Shown: positions 7,444 through 15,145 of the stretch, one piece after another | Layout: each line of letters begins with the position of its first letter | Numbering within the stretch: the stretch's first letter is position 1 | Origin: a virus | IMG/VR virus record: IMGVR_UViG_3300045988_108312 | Length of the DNA: 56,568 nucleotides | Reading direction: 5' to 3' (one strand) | Made by a program: the position numbers and the translations under genes | Notes under the pieces: generated by a model | The model's input: only the letters and a program-made list of their open reading frames with translations | The model's database searches: none | What the model was told of the DNA's origin: nothing

Positions 7444-7944
7444 GATTTACAGCTTGAAAAGTCATTTTAGAAATGCGCCAAAATTTTCAGAGGATTTTAA
7501 GCGGATTTTCTCCAGAAAATGAATCAGAAATTTTAGTGTGCTAAAGTGCCATGATTGAGCCTGTCAGAATGCGATCATGTAAGGGCATGGAAACACTACC
7601 AAATAGCAAGCCACTAAAAGCACCGTAAGCGTCCTGTGCGTATCTGGTGTATAAATCCATGCGCACATAATGCAATCGCTTAGAATCGGTTATAATGCTT
7701 TACAGGAAATGTTTACATAACTATGTTGACTTGATGCAATAGCCATGTGAACGCACAGAATGACCAGATAGCGACAATATAAGACCATGCACAGAATTAC
7801 AGCATAGTACAGTTATAGACAACTGTACGCCTGTTTTATGCTCTTGTCAAGGTACGGTTACTGCATACGGCTACATGAACGTATAACGCACACATAGCCC
7901 TGTACAGTAACATGGAACTGGAAAAAGAGCGGAACAAGTCCACT

Positions 7945-8532
7945 CTAAAAAATATAATCTAATATTGGATAATCACATATAAGTCTGTTTTTATCAAATC
8001 CTCTAAAATAATTAAAATCGTTAGTGCTTAGATTACAACTGTCCTTTTGCATCAGCGAATATTCGTATGCGCTGCATTCTCTATATCCAGAACCAAAACG
8101 ACCAAATTTGACCGCCTGTGCTGTATCTGGAGTGTATACATACGCTTTAAATTTCACCCATTTTATGCGACTAGCAACATCTTTTGTAAGCATAACAGAT
8201 ATGCGCTCTTTTAAAAATAAAGGCGCATAAATGGCTTTTATTTCTTGCGGAGCAACACGATCAACGATAAATTCATCGTAATTTCCCGCGTTGTAATCAT
8301 CTTTGCAAAACTCTACATGCCTTGCGTTTATTTCTTCCCGGATTTCTAACAAAATTAGTCCGTACATTACTAAGCAATTCCGATTTTTAGGCTTAAATAA
8401 GTAAACAACATTAGTCGGATTATTTGCTCTTCTTCCGTCATCCCAGTTATTATTTTTGCACTCGTCCATGGATAGAATGCCTTTTTTTAGTATAGATTCT
8501 AAATCTTTTATATCCACGTTTTTATAATACAT
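7945..8532 (-). CDS. Hypothetical 195-aa protein; the N-terminal ~110 aa resemble a compact DarT/DUF4433-type ADP-ribosyltransferase fold (speculative)
   Basis: ATG 8532 lies 5 nt after GAGGTGG (the track GTG 8541 is inside the RBS); ordered motifs YYKNVDIKDLESILKKGIL / VVYLFKPKNRNCL / DEFIVDRVAPQEIKAIY. Confidence 0.5.
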   Translation of the reverse strand: MYYKNVDIKDLESILKKGILSMDECKNNNWDDGRRANNPTNVVYLFKPKNRNCLVMYGLILLEIREEINARHVEFCKDDYNAGNYDEFIVDRVAPQEIKAIYAPLFLKERISVMLTKDVASRIKWVKFKAYVYTPDTAQAVKFGRFGSGYRECSAYEYSLMQKDSCNLSTNDFNYFRGFDKNRLICDYPILDYIF

Positions 8533-8595
8533 ATTAACCACCTCTTAAAAAATTATATAATAATAGCCTAGTTAATTCTAGGCTATGTTTTAAAA

Positions 8596-8619
8596 AGCAA
8601 GTCGGGGAATCGAACCCCG
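8596..8619 (-). other. tRNA T-arm-like hairpin plus 3'-acceptor-like strand (minus strand: CGGGG-TTCGATT-CCCCG-ACTTGCT); not a complete tRNA
   Basis: Canonical TTCGATT T-loop; no matching 5' acceptor strand, D arm or proper anticodon arm found upstream. Confidence 0.4.
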
Positions 8620-8657
8620 AAAAGACCATGAATAGCAAAGTGCGCATATTGCACCAA

Positions 8658-8918
8658 TTAAATATTTATCTTGTATTCTTTACGACTGCTATAGTCGTAT
8701 TTTGTGCTTAGTTCGCATGCATCCGAATAATATACAGAATATCCGCTGTTTTCTAATTCCTGTATAACACTTGGGTTTATTATATCCGTAAATTTTAAAA
8801 CGCAATACGGATGTAACAATATATTTCTGTTTTTCGGCTTTTCAAACTCTAAGAACTCTTTTATTTTGTTCTTATCTGGCTCTTTGTAGCCTAAACATAT
8901 CACATTGTATCTTTTCAT
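8658..8918 (-). CDS. Hypothetical 86-aa protein (shares the KPKNRN motif with 7945..8532)
   Basis: ATG 8918 lies 8 nt after AAAGGATGG; the track start 9011 lacks an RBS and overlaps the upstream gene. Confidence 0.55.
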   Translation of the reverse strand: MKRYNVICLGYKEPDKNKIKEFLEFEKPKNRNILLHPYCVLKFTDIINPSVIQELENSGYSVYYSDACELSTKYDYSSRKEYKINI

Positions 8919-9001
8919 GCCGTCAACCATCCTTTCATTTATGCCCTGTCTTATCAGTGCAGGTGGGGCAGTTCCTACAGACCGCCTTTTGGCGGTTTCG
9001 A

Positions 9002-9391
9002 CTATTCGCAAATTCTGCGGAAAATGTCTATTGTTAATTCTGCGACAGCTCTTTTTCTGCCTGCTGTATAGCCTTTGCGCTTGCTTTTTAATGCTTTTTC
9101 TGCTTGTTTAAGGTTTCCAACTCCCCAAGATGCCGCTTTATCAAGTTTTTTCCATTCATCCGGTGCAACTTTTACGGCTTTAAGCGTTGTCGTGTTGATT
9201 TCGTAATTGTCTTTGTCTTCCGGGTGCAAATCTTCGCAAACTGGAATATATTCATGCGTTCCCATGTTTTCACCAATATTCCAGATGAAAAATCTAACCG
9301 GGATTTTTTCCACGATTTCAAAAACATCGACTTCCTCGCTCATTGGTTTCTCACTGTAGATTTTTCCATTCTCTATTTTAAATTTTGTCAT
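9002..9391 (-). CDS. Hypothetical 129-aa protein
   Basis: RBS GAGGAAAA upstream of ATG 9391; first gene of the minus-strand island. Confidence 0.65.
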   Translation of the reverse strand: MTKFKIENGKIYSEKPMSEEVDVFEIVEKIPVRFFIWNIGENMGTHEYIPVCEDLHPEDKDNYEINTTTLKAVKVAPDEWKKLDKAASWGVGNLKQAEKALKSKRKGYTAGRKRAVAELTIDIFRRICE

Positions 9392-9442
9392 ATCGTTTTC
9401 CTCGCTTTCTGTGCTTCATTTGATACTTGTATTATACATAAA

Positions 9443-9552
9443 TTAAGCACTAATGTATATTGACAAAATATACAAAATTAAGCACTAATAACATATCAGA
9501 AATTATGCATTTTTATTAAGCACTAAAAAGTTATTGACTATTTAAGCACTAA
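9443..9552. promoter_or_regulatory. Four copies of operator-like box TTAAGCACTAA(T) in the divergent control region
   Basis: Copies at 9443, 9478, 9516, 9542 (spacings 35/38/26 bp); the fourth fills the spacer of the promoter at 9534. Confidence 0.65.
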
Positions 9553-9562
9553 TATATATAAT
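9534..9562 (+). promoter_or_regulatory. Consensus sigma-A promoter with an operator in the spacer
   Basis: TTGACT (9534-39), 17 nt containing TTAAGCACTAAT, TATAAT (9557-62). Confidence 0.65.
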
Positions 9563-9594
9563 GTAGTTATAACAATGCAAAGGAGGTTTGAAGC

Positions 9595-9792
9595 ATGGCA
9601 GTAACAGAAAATGAGAAAGCACTAAAAAACAGGCAAGCAGTAAAAAAATGTATGGAAAGCAGAGACAGAATAAACATAATATTACCGCAAGGCACAGTAG
9701 ACAGAATAAATGCATATGGATTAAAAACAAGCGCATTTGCGAGACAGTTAATATTAGAAGAACTGGCAAGAATGGACAAAATGAAAAAATAA
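9595..9792 (+). CDS. Ribbon-helix-helix (Arc/CopG-like) regulator
   Basis: RBS AAAGGAGG; DRINIILPQGTVDRINAYGLKTSAFARQLILEEL matches the 'r.s..lPkGtkerI...G.S.N.fi' RHH pattern also seen in 12353..12913. Confidence 0.7.
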   Translation: MAVTENEKALKNRQAVKKCMESRDRINIILPQGTVDRINAYGLKTSAFARQLILEELARMDKMKK

Positions 9793-9798
9793 TTTGAA

Positions 9799-9845
9799 TT
9801 AAGCACTAATTAAGCGTTGACAATTAAGCACTAATATGTTATTGT
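9799..9845 (+). promoter_or_regulatory. Two more TTAAGCACTAAT boxes (9799, 9824; degenerate TTAAGCGTTGA at 9810) overlapping a promoter: TTGACA (9817-22), 17 nt, TATTGT (9840-45)
   Basis: Read directly; the box again occupies the -35/-10 spacer. Confidence 0.55.
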
Positions 9846-9887
9846 ATAGTCAACAGGAAACAAGCAAAGAGAGAGGAGACGGAAACT

Positions 9888-10091
9888 ATGATAAAAGGAA
9901 AATATAAAACAGACATGGGTTTCATATATGTATACAGCAGCAATACTATATACACCATATCCACCTATGACGGTAACTGGAGTTGCTGTAAGGTTGGAGA
10001 GCGTACAGCAATGGGGCAAATACTGACCCAAGAAGCATACGACCGTTGGGAGTCTGAGTGCTCCAAGGTTGGAGAGTTTGAGTTGAAATAA
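9888..10091 (+). CDS. Hypothetical 67-aa protein
   Basis: RBS GAGAGGAGA. Confidence 0.6.
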   Translation: MIKGKYKTDMGFIYVYSSNTIYTISTYDGNWSCCKVGERTAMGQILTQEAYDRWESECSKVGEFELK

Positions 10092-10112
10092 GAAAGAGAG
10101 AGGAGAATAGAC

Positions 10113-10541
10113 ATGGTAGATTCATTATTTTTAAGAGCAAGAACAAGCGAAGGTAATAAGCTATGGACAAAATGCAAAGAAGCAGCTCCTGTAAACATTT
10201 TTAAACTTTTTAAAGAGTTTAACACAGAAAATGGTTTTAGTGGCTGGTTTGGTGACCCTGTAGCAGATGATTTCAAGCCGATTGATTCATACACAGATGT
10301 TCGCCATTTCAGAATAGATGAATCCTTTTTCTTCACTGACGAAGTTGTAAAAAAGGAAGGCTCGGAAGTGTTGGCTATTTCGTCGCATCCGTTTAAAATA
10401 ATCGGATGCATAACAGAGTACAGAAAATCCGTAGAGGGTGAGTGGGGACACACATTTTCGCACAATGTAAAACTGGAAAGACAAGAAAAAGATAAGGACG
10501 GCATATACAGAACTGTAGAAACGATAATCAAGGAGGAGTAG
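10113..10541 (+). CDS. Hypothetical 142-aa protein
   Basis: RBS GAGAGGAGA; tightly packed operon. Confidence 0.7.
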   Translation: MVDSLFLRARTSEGNKLWTKCKEAAPVNIFKLFKEFNTENGFSGWFGDPVADDFKPIDSYTDVRHFRIDESFFFTDEVVKKEGSEVLAISSHPFKIIGCITEYRKSVEGEWGHTFSHNVKLERQEKDKDGIYRTVETIIKEE

Positions 10542-10543
10542 CA

Positions 10544-10861
10544 TTGTTAGAGCAGTATGGAAACTATTACAAGTTATTTAAAGGGCATGGAACAACGCCG
10601 CAGAAAATAACAGTAGTGGAGATAGACGGCGAAAATGTCACTTTTATTATGGGGCATCACAGCAAAGATGAGCTTTTGAGCCGTGGCGATACGGTAGACG
10701 AAGCAATAAGAAACATGTGCCTTGTTAAAAACAAGTGCAATGCAAACAAAATTCTGCGTAAAGCCACAAAAAAGCAAATTGAAGCTTTGCATAAGGATGA
10801 GAAGAGAATAAAAAGAATGATCGAGAAAATGGACAAAGAAAAACAGGAGGGATTAAAATGA
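10544..10861 (+). CDS. Hypothetical 105-aa protein with a Lys-rich C-terminus
   Basis: TTG start 5 nt after AAGGAGGAG. Confidence 0.65.
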   Translation: MLEQYGNYYKLFKGHGTTPQKITVVEIDGENVTFIMGHHSKDELLSRGDTVDEAIRNMCLVKNKCNANKILRKATKKQIEALHKDEKRIKRMIEKMDKEKQEGLK

Positions 10862-11202
10862 ATAAAGTAGTAGAAAAGGCAATGCAGTTAATCGAGGAGA
10901 GCGATCGTACAGATACAACTATCCCAGATTTAGAGGTTGGGGATGTTGTAAGACTTTGGGATGTCTGGGATGGTGAAAGTGAAACAGGCATAGACCCATA
11001 TAATTACCATGTCGGAGAAGAGTATAGTAGCTCTTACATGGTAAACGAAATGGACGGCATTAACTACTTGTTTAAAATCGTAGAATGCAGTGAAAAGGTA
11101 GAACCAGAAATTGGAAAATACGAAGAATATACAAATTTGGACGAAGCCGCAGAAGCATTAAAAGATGTTGTTGTGGAGATAACAGATATATACATGATTT
11201 AA
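10858..11202 (+). CDS. Hypothetical, strongly acidic 114-aa protein
   Basis: RBS CAGGAGGGA; ATGA overlap with the upstream gene; D/E-rich throughout. Confidence 0.7.
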   Translation: MNKVVEKAMQLIEESDRTDTTIPDLEVGDVVRLWDVWDGESETGIDPYNYHVGEEYSSSYMVNEMDGINYLFKIVECSEKVEPEIGKYEEYTNLDEAAEALKDVVVEITDIYMI

Positions 11203-11229
11203 AGGAGCTACAATTGTAGCTCCTTTTGT
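11201..11229 (+). terminator. Rho-independent terminator
   Basis: AAAGGAGCTACA / TGTAGCTCCTTT stem followed by T. Confidence 0.8.
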
Positions 11230-11378
11230 GCTGGATATAACAATTAATACAACCTTTGTTGCGGTTCCAATTACTTATAAAAAGTAATATTATTTTAAAA
11301 CAACACTTGTTATTGTTCTATATCTAGCACAACAACATTATAACACAAAGGTTACTTTTTTCAAATAAGGAGTTAAAA

Positions 11379-12176
11379 ATGATAGAACAGGCAATTGACA
11401 TAATTAAAGTGGAAAATTTGGAAAAATTGGCTACAAAATGGCATAAACCAATAAAAGGGAACTATGTTATCGTATCGGAAGATAGGAAGTATAAAGTGCT
11501 AACGGAAAAGGAAGCAGAAGAGGATATAAACTGCAATTATATGGACTATTACAGCGAATTAGTAAGCATGAACAAACCTGTTACGAGCAAGCTAATATCT
11601 AGTAATAATATATATACTTTCTTTTGTCGCAACGTGGCAAAACTGCAAAAGACCGATATATACGACTACTTTACAGCACTAAATCTACCGTCGGAAAAAG
11701 AATGGCATATAAATTTTATTGTGGATAACATAAAGAGCCTAGCAGATCAGCACACAGGCATCATAAAGATATTCTTTCCGGGGACACTGGAAGAATACAG
11801 GAAAGCCGGTATTGCTAACTGGTACGATAAGAGCATAACACGTACTAAGTATTGCAAAGACCCTAATTATGGTACACCTGTAGGATTTACAGTAAATCCC
11901 AAAAAGCCATACGCGATAAGCACAAGACAATTATATCTTGTAAATCGAGACAAAGGGCTGCAATTTAAAATCTTTTACGATATATTAAAAGGCATGGCAA
12001 GGCATAATTATAATATTCTATATATGTGGGACGATAACATATTACCTTGCAAATTTAATGATCTCCCAGATTGCACGATCATAGGCGGCATAATGTTAGT
12101 GTTTAAACTGGACGATAGAGGACAAGTACAGATAATAGACATGGACACGATCCCAAGATACGACCCGCATATTTAA
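11379..12176 (+). CDS. Hypothetical 265-aa protein
   Basis: RBS TAAGGAG; bounded by terminators on both sides (single-gene unit). Confidence 0.75.
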   Translation: MIEQAIDIIKVENLEKLATKWHKPIKGNYVIVSEDRKYKVLTEKEAEEDINCNYMDYYSELVSMNKPVTSKLISSNNIYTFFCRNVAKLQKTDIYDYFTALNLPSEKEWHINFIVDNIKSLADQHTGIIKIFFPGTLEEYRKAGIANWYDKSITRTKYCKDPNYGTPVGFTVNPKKPYAISTRQLYLVNRDKGLQFKIFYDILKGMARHNYNILYMWDDNILPCKFNDLPDCTIIGGIMLVFKLDDRGQVQIIDMDTIPRYDPHI

Positions 12177-12187
12177 CAGATTTGCAA

Positions 12188-12210
12188 GAGCATCCGACAG
12201 GGTGCTTTTT
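12188..12210 (+). terminator. Rho-independent terminator
   Basis: AGCATCC-gaca-GGGTGCT (one G:U) followed by TTTTT. Confidence 0.65.
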
Positions 12211-12232
12211 GTTTACATTATACATATTTAAA

Positions 12233-12326
12233 GCAATTATCTATTGCAATTATGTATTGCGTGCGCTTAATGATTTATATTTAATTGATTATTGCAGTTG
12301 ACTATTGCAATTAACTATTGTATAAT
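12233..12326 (+). promoter_or_regulatory. Operator cluster built on the palindrome ATTGCAAT (CTATTGCAATTA x2 plus 3 degenerate copies) overlapping a consensus promoter
   Basis: CTATTGCAATTA at 12241 and 12302; TTGACT (12298-303), 17 nt, TATAAT (12321-26). Confidence 0.6.
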
Positions 12327-12352
12327 TATTTTAAAATCAGGAGGTAAAAAAC

Positions 12353-12913
12353 ATGAAAACAAGCAAAGAAATAGCGGAAAAAGCAAGAGAAAGAGCGAAA
12401 AATCAAAACGAACGTGCTAAAGAAACATGGGATAATGTTTCATGTAGGCTTCCGAAGGGAACTAAAGAAAGAATAACAAGAAGTGGTTTTACAGTTAATG
12501 GATTTATTAATACATGCGTGCTAGAAAAGCTAAAGCAAGTAGAGAATAATACGCATATAGATATTAATAATATATCTTTACCTACGGAACAAGAAGAAAT
12601 CAACATAAGAGAAATGACGCAAGAGGAAATAAACAGAAGACTGGCAAACAATACAGAATACCGTCCAAACGTCACAGAATCGTCTAGGACGAATGAAAAT
12701 GAATTTGACGGTAAAATTATCGATAACGATATTAAAATTGATTCTATGGCATTTAAGAAGCATGCGCCGACAGAAGAGGAAGAGACAGAAAACCGTATGC
12801 GACTGTTGAAGCTACAGGAAGAGATAAACGCAAGAAAGTCATGTATTATTAAGCCTGTAGAGCAAGAGCCAACACTGACCGACATACAACTACCAGATAA
12901 ACCACCGTTTTAG
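12353..12913 (+). CDS. RHH-type N-terminal domain fused to a long acidic/low-complexity tail
   Basis: RBS CAGGAGG; WDNVSCRLPKGTKERITRSGFTVNGFINTCVLEKL parallels 9595..9792. Confidence 0.7.
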   Translation: MKTSKEIAEKARERAKNQNERAKETWDNVSCRLPKGTKERITRSGFTVNGFINTCVLEKLKQVENNTHIDINNISLPTEQEEINIREMTQEEINRRLANNTEYRPNVTESSRTNENEFDGKIIDNDIKIDSMAFKKHAPTEEEETENRMRLLKLQEEINARKSCIIKPVEQEPTLTDIQLPDKPPF

Positions 12914-12949
12914 ACATTAAAATGTTTCCGCAATTTACCCGTTGTTTCC

Positions 12950-13026
12950 ATTTTGTATACATTTTGTATACGTAGGTTAGTATAGGTTAGGTAAGGTTAG
13001 TATAGGTTATATATCGCGTATACGCG
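12950..13026. repeat. Repeat block: ATTTTGTATAC x2 tandem (12950-71), four 10-bp phased units nnTAGGTTAG (12971-13010), perfect 12-bp palindrome CGCGTATACGCG (13015-26)
   Basis: Read directly; lies in the 770-bp ORF-free region upstream of terS. Confidence 0.85.
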
Positions 13027-13250
13027 CGAGACAACAAAAATTTTCCTGTTAAGAGCAAAACAGTTTTTAAATTTTGGATTTAAAGACAGATTTTTCTTAT
13101 CGGTTTAAATTTCCATTTGCGGATATATCTAACCGATTATCTACTGGATAATTTTAAAATATCCATTGCATTTTTATTTATTATGCGATATCCTACATAT
13201 GCCGACGGGGGCTCTATATACACTCAAGGGTATAAATAATTAACACATTT

Positions 13251-13285
13251 TACAGGTTAGGGGATTACTCCTAGCCTGTTTTTAG
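13251..13285 (+). terminator. Terminator-like hairpin inside the non-coding region
   Basis: ACAGGTTAGG-ggattact-CCTAGCCTGT followed by TTTTT. Confidence 0.55.
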
Positions 13286-13682
13286 TGCATGCAACAATGC
13301 GATTATGACCATTTTAAGCCCCTATAATTAATTTATATATAATATAAATGGGTGTATAAATTATACCATACCTTTAGGCTATATATCCCCCAGAGGTATA
13401 TATTTATATATAGCAATATTATAGTGCGTAATATGGTCAGAACTGGATAAAATATTTTTTTAAAAACCTATTGCATTTTTATAAAATGTGTTTTATTCTG
13501 TTTATAAGCTCATACGAGAGCTTTACACGATTAAGATTTACAGGACAGCTCATAATAGCTGTTTTATACGCAAGAAAAGCCTTTTAAGGCAAATATGTTT
13601 TACTTATGCTGTATTTATAACATGCAGTGTTTGTATTCTTATTTGGTTTAAAGGGCTTTTTGTTTTTCAAGGAGGTGTAAAC

Positions 13683-14291
13683 ATGGCAGATATTAAAGCT
13701 ATAGACCAATCTAATTGTATAAGCATTGTTAAAGATATTATAGCCAAATATTGCGCAGCCAACGATCTTGACGAGCATGATATACCCCCACAGATATGGA
13801 ACGATATCATAGATGAGATTTACATAAATGTCTTTAAGGATAACACTATACTTCTTAAAGATATACCTAGTCCATATAATCAATATAATCAGGATAAGGT
13901 ATTATATATATATAATTATATATACAAGAGGATATGTAATAATCATTGTCAGGAGGTTACATTAAAGGGATTTATAGACATGACAGGGATAGATAAACAG
14001 ACTATCTATAACTGGAAATCGAGTACGAATAGTTTCGACTTGCACGAAAAAATCATGGACGATAACGAGCAATCGTTGGAAGCTATGTTACATGACAAGC
14101 GTATAAATCCCATGAAAGTATTACCGTCACTAAATAAAAAACATGGATGGAATCTGCCTGGCGTGAGCCGAGAGAAAGCCAATAATACAGCTCTACCAAT
14201 GTCAGAATTACTACAGTTAGGTGCAAATAATGGCAGTTTTCAGCAATTAGAAGAAAATAATAGTATTATTGACAGTAATACAAACAGCTAG
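13683..14291 (+). CDS. Terminase small subunit (putative)
   Basis: ATG 13683 after CAAGGAGGTG (the track start 13488 has no RBS); HTH-like GFIDMTGIDKQTIYNW and C-terminal NPMKVLPSLNKKHGWNLPG resemble TerS families; position upstream of the packaging/head genes. Confidence 0.55.
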   Translation: MADIKAIDQSNCISIVKDIIAKYCAANDLDEHDIPPQIWNDIIDEIYINVFKDNTILLKDIPSPYNQYNQDKVLYIYNYIYKRICNNHCQEVTLKGFIDMTGIDKQTIYNWKSSTNSFDLHEKIMDDNEQSLEAMLHDKRINPMKVLPSLNKKHGWNLPGVSREKANNTALPMSELLQLGANNGSFQQLEENNSIIDSNTNS

Positions 14292-14557
14292 AAATTCAGT
14301 ATTTACAAGGGTTTCAAGACTTTTCGTAATGGTATTAAAGAGTACGGAAAATTAATATTTTGCGAATAGTTAACATACGTTCGATTGATGGCATGAACCT
14401 GGCAGGCAGGGGGAGGGGGTCGGAAGAACGGACGAGACAGCCCCTACTAAGTCAGCAAAACTACCCGATAAACAAAAAGCCCTTATCCAACACACAGATA
14501 TTAATTATCCAGACACACTATTTCTAAAAATTTTTCAAAAATAAAAAAAGGAGTCAA

Positions 14558-14698
14558 TATGGTCACAGGAATTATTCTTATATGGATTTTGATTAAGTTA
14601 CAGGCGCCAACATTGTTATTCTGGTTAGCAGGCGTGAAAATGGCATGGTCAGTTTTTGAAATACTTATGTTCGTTTACAAAACAGGTAAGGAGTCATA
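14558..14698 (+). CDS. Small hydrophobic 46-aa membrane peptide
   Basis: RBS AAAGGAG 6 nt upstream; MVTGIILIWILIKLQAPTLLFWLAGVKMAWSVFEILMFVY. Confidence 0.5.
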
Positions 14699-14701
14699 GC
14701 C

Positions 14702-14872
14702 GTGTTAATCTTCGGCAAGCAAATCACAGACGAGTGTTCAAAATGCGGTCAAGTCTTAGAATGTGAGTTATTCAGACAAGGTCATGGCATTAAATGCGAC
14801 AGGCAGAACATATCAAAGATGCTGGAATGCCAATTTGAACACAGGGAGAAGAGAGAAAATGCGAATAATTAG
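14702..14872 (+). CDS. Small Cys-rich (zinc-ribbon-like) 56-aa protein
   Basis: GTG start 8 nt after AAGGAG; CSKC...C..C pattern. Confidence 0.45.
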   Translation: MLIFGKQITDECSKCGQVLECELFRQGHGIKCDRQNISKMLECQFEHREKRENANN

Positions 14873-15143
14873 CCAGAAAAGAGATTTGTCGGTAGATTTT
14901 GAGAGTACGCCTATATCCGTAAATTACAATCATTTATTGGCACTTGTAGGAGATAAGGAACGTGTTATAGGGCAGTATGAAACGCCAGAACGTGCAAGGG
15001 AAGTATTTGACGAGATTAACGATTTTTATAATCCTATTGACATTCGATCTCTTGATGCAATAGGACTTATGCAAACTATGAGCGCCACAAAAAGAGAGTT
15101 ACAGGTCTTAAACAGAAATATATACGAAATTCCAAAGGAGTAA
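14859..15143 (+). CDS. Hypothetical 94-aa protein (paralogue of 47634..48008)
   Basis: ATG 14859 after GGGAGAAGAGAG; MRIISQKRDLSVDFES...YETPERAREVFDEI versus MRVISQDGTIDIPYDS...YSSEEKAKKAMEML. Confidence 0.65.
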   Translation: MRIISQKRDLSVDFESTPISVNYNHLLALVGDKERVIGQYETPERAREVFDEINDFYNPIDIRSLDAIGLMQTMSATKRELQVLNRNIYEIPKE

Positions 15144-15145
15144 TT

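Noticed and set aside
8590-8660. Possible tRNA gene on the minus strand
   Set aside because: Only a T arm and a 3' acceptor-like strand are present. There is no complementary 5' acceptor strand and no D arm. The only anticodon-like hairpin lacks U33 and is followed by an 18-nt unstructured spacer.
9443-9834. Repeated TTAAGCACTAAT boxes as a possible CRISPR array
   Set aside because: The units are only 11-12 bp, the spacings are irregular (26-38 bp, then 250 bp), and they sit in -35/-10 spacers and flank a regulator gene. These are operators, not CRISPR repeats.
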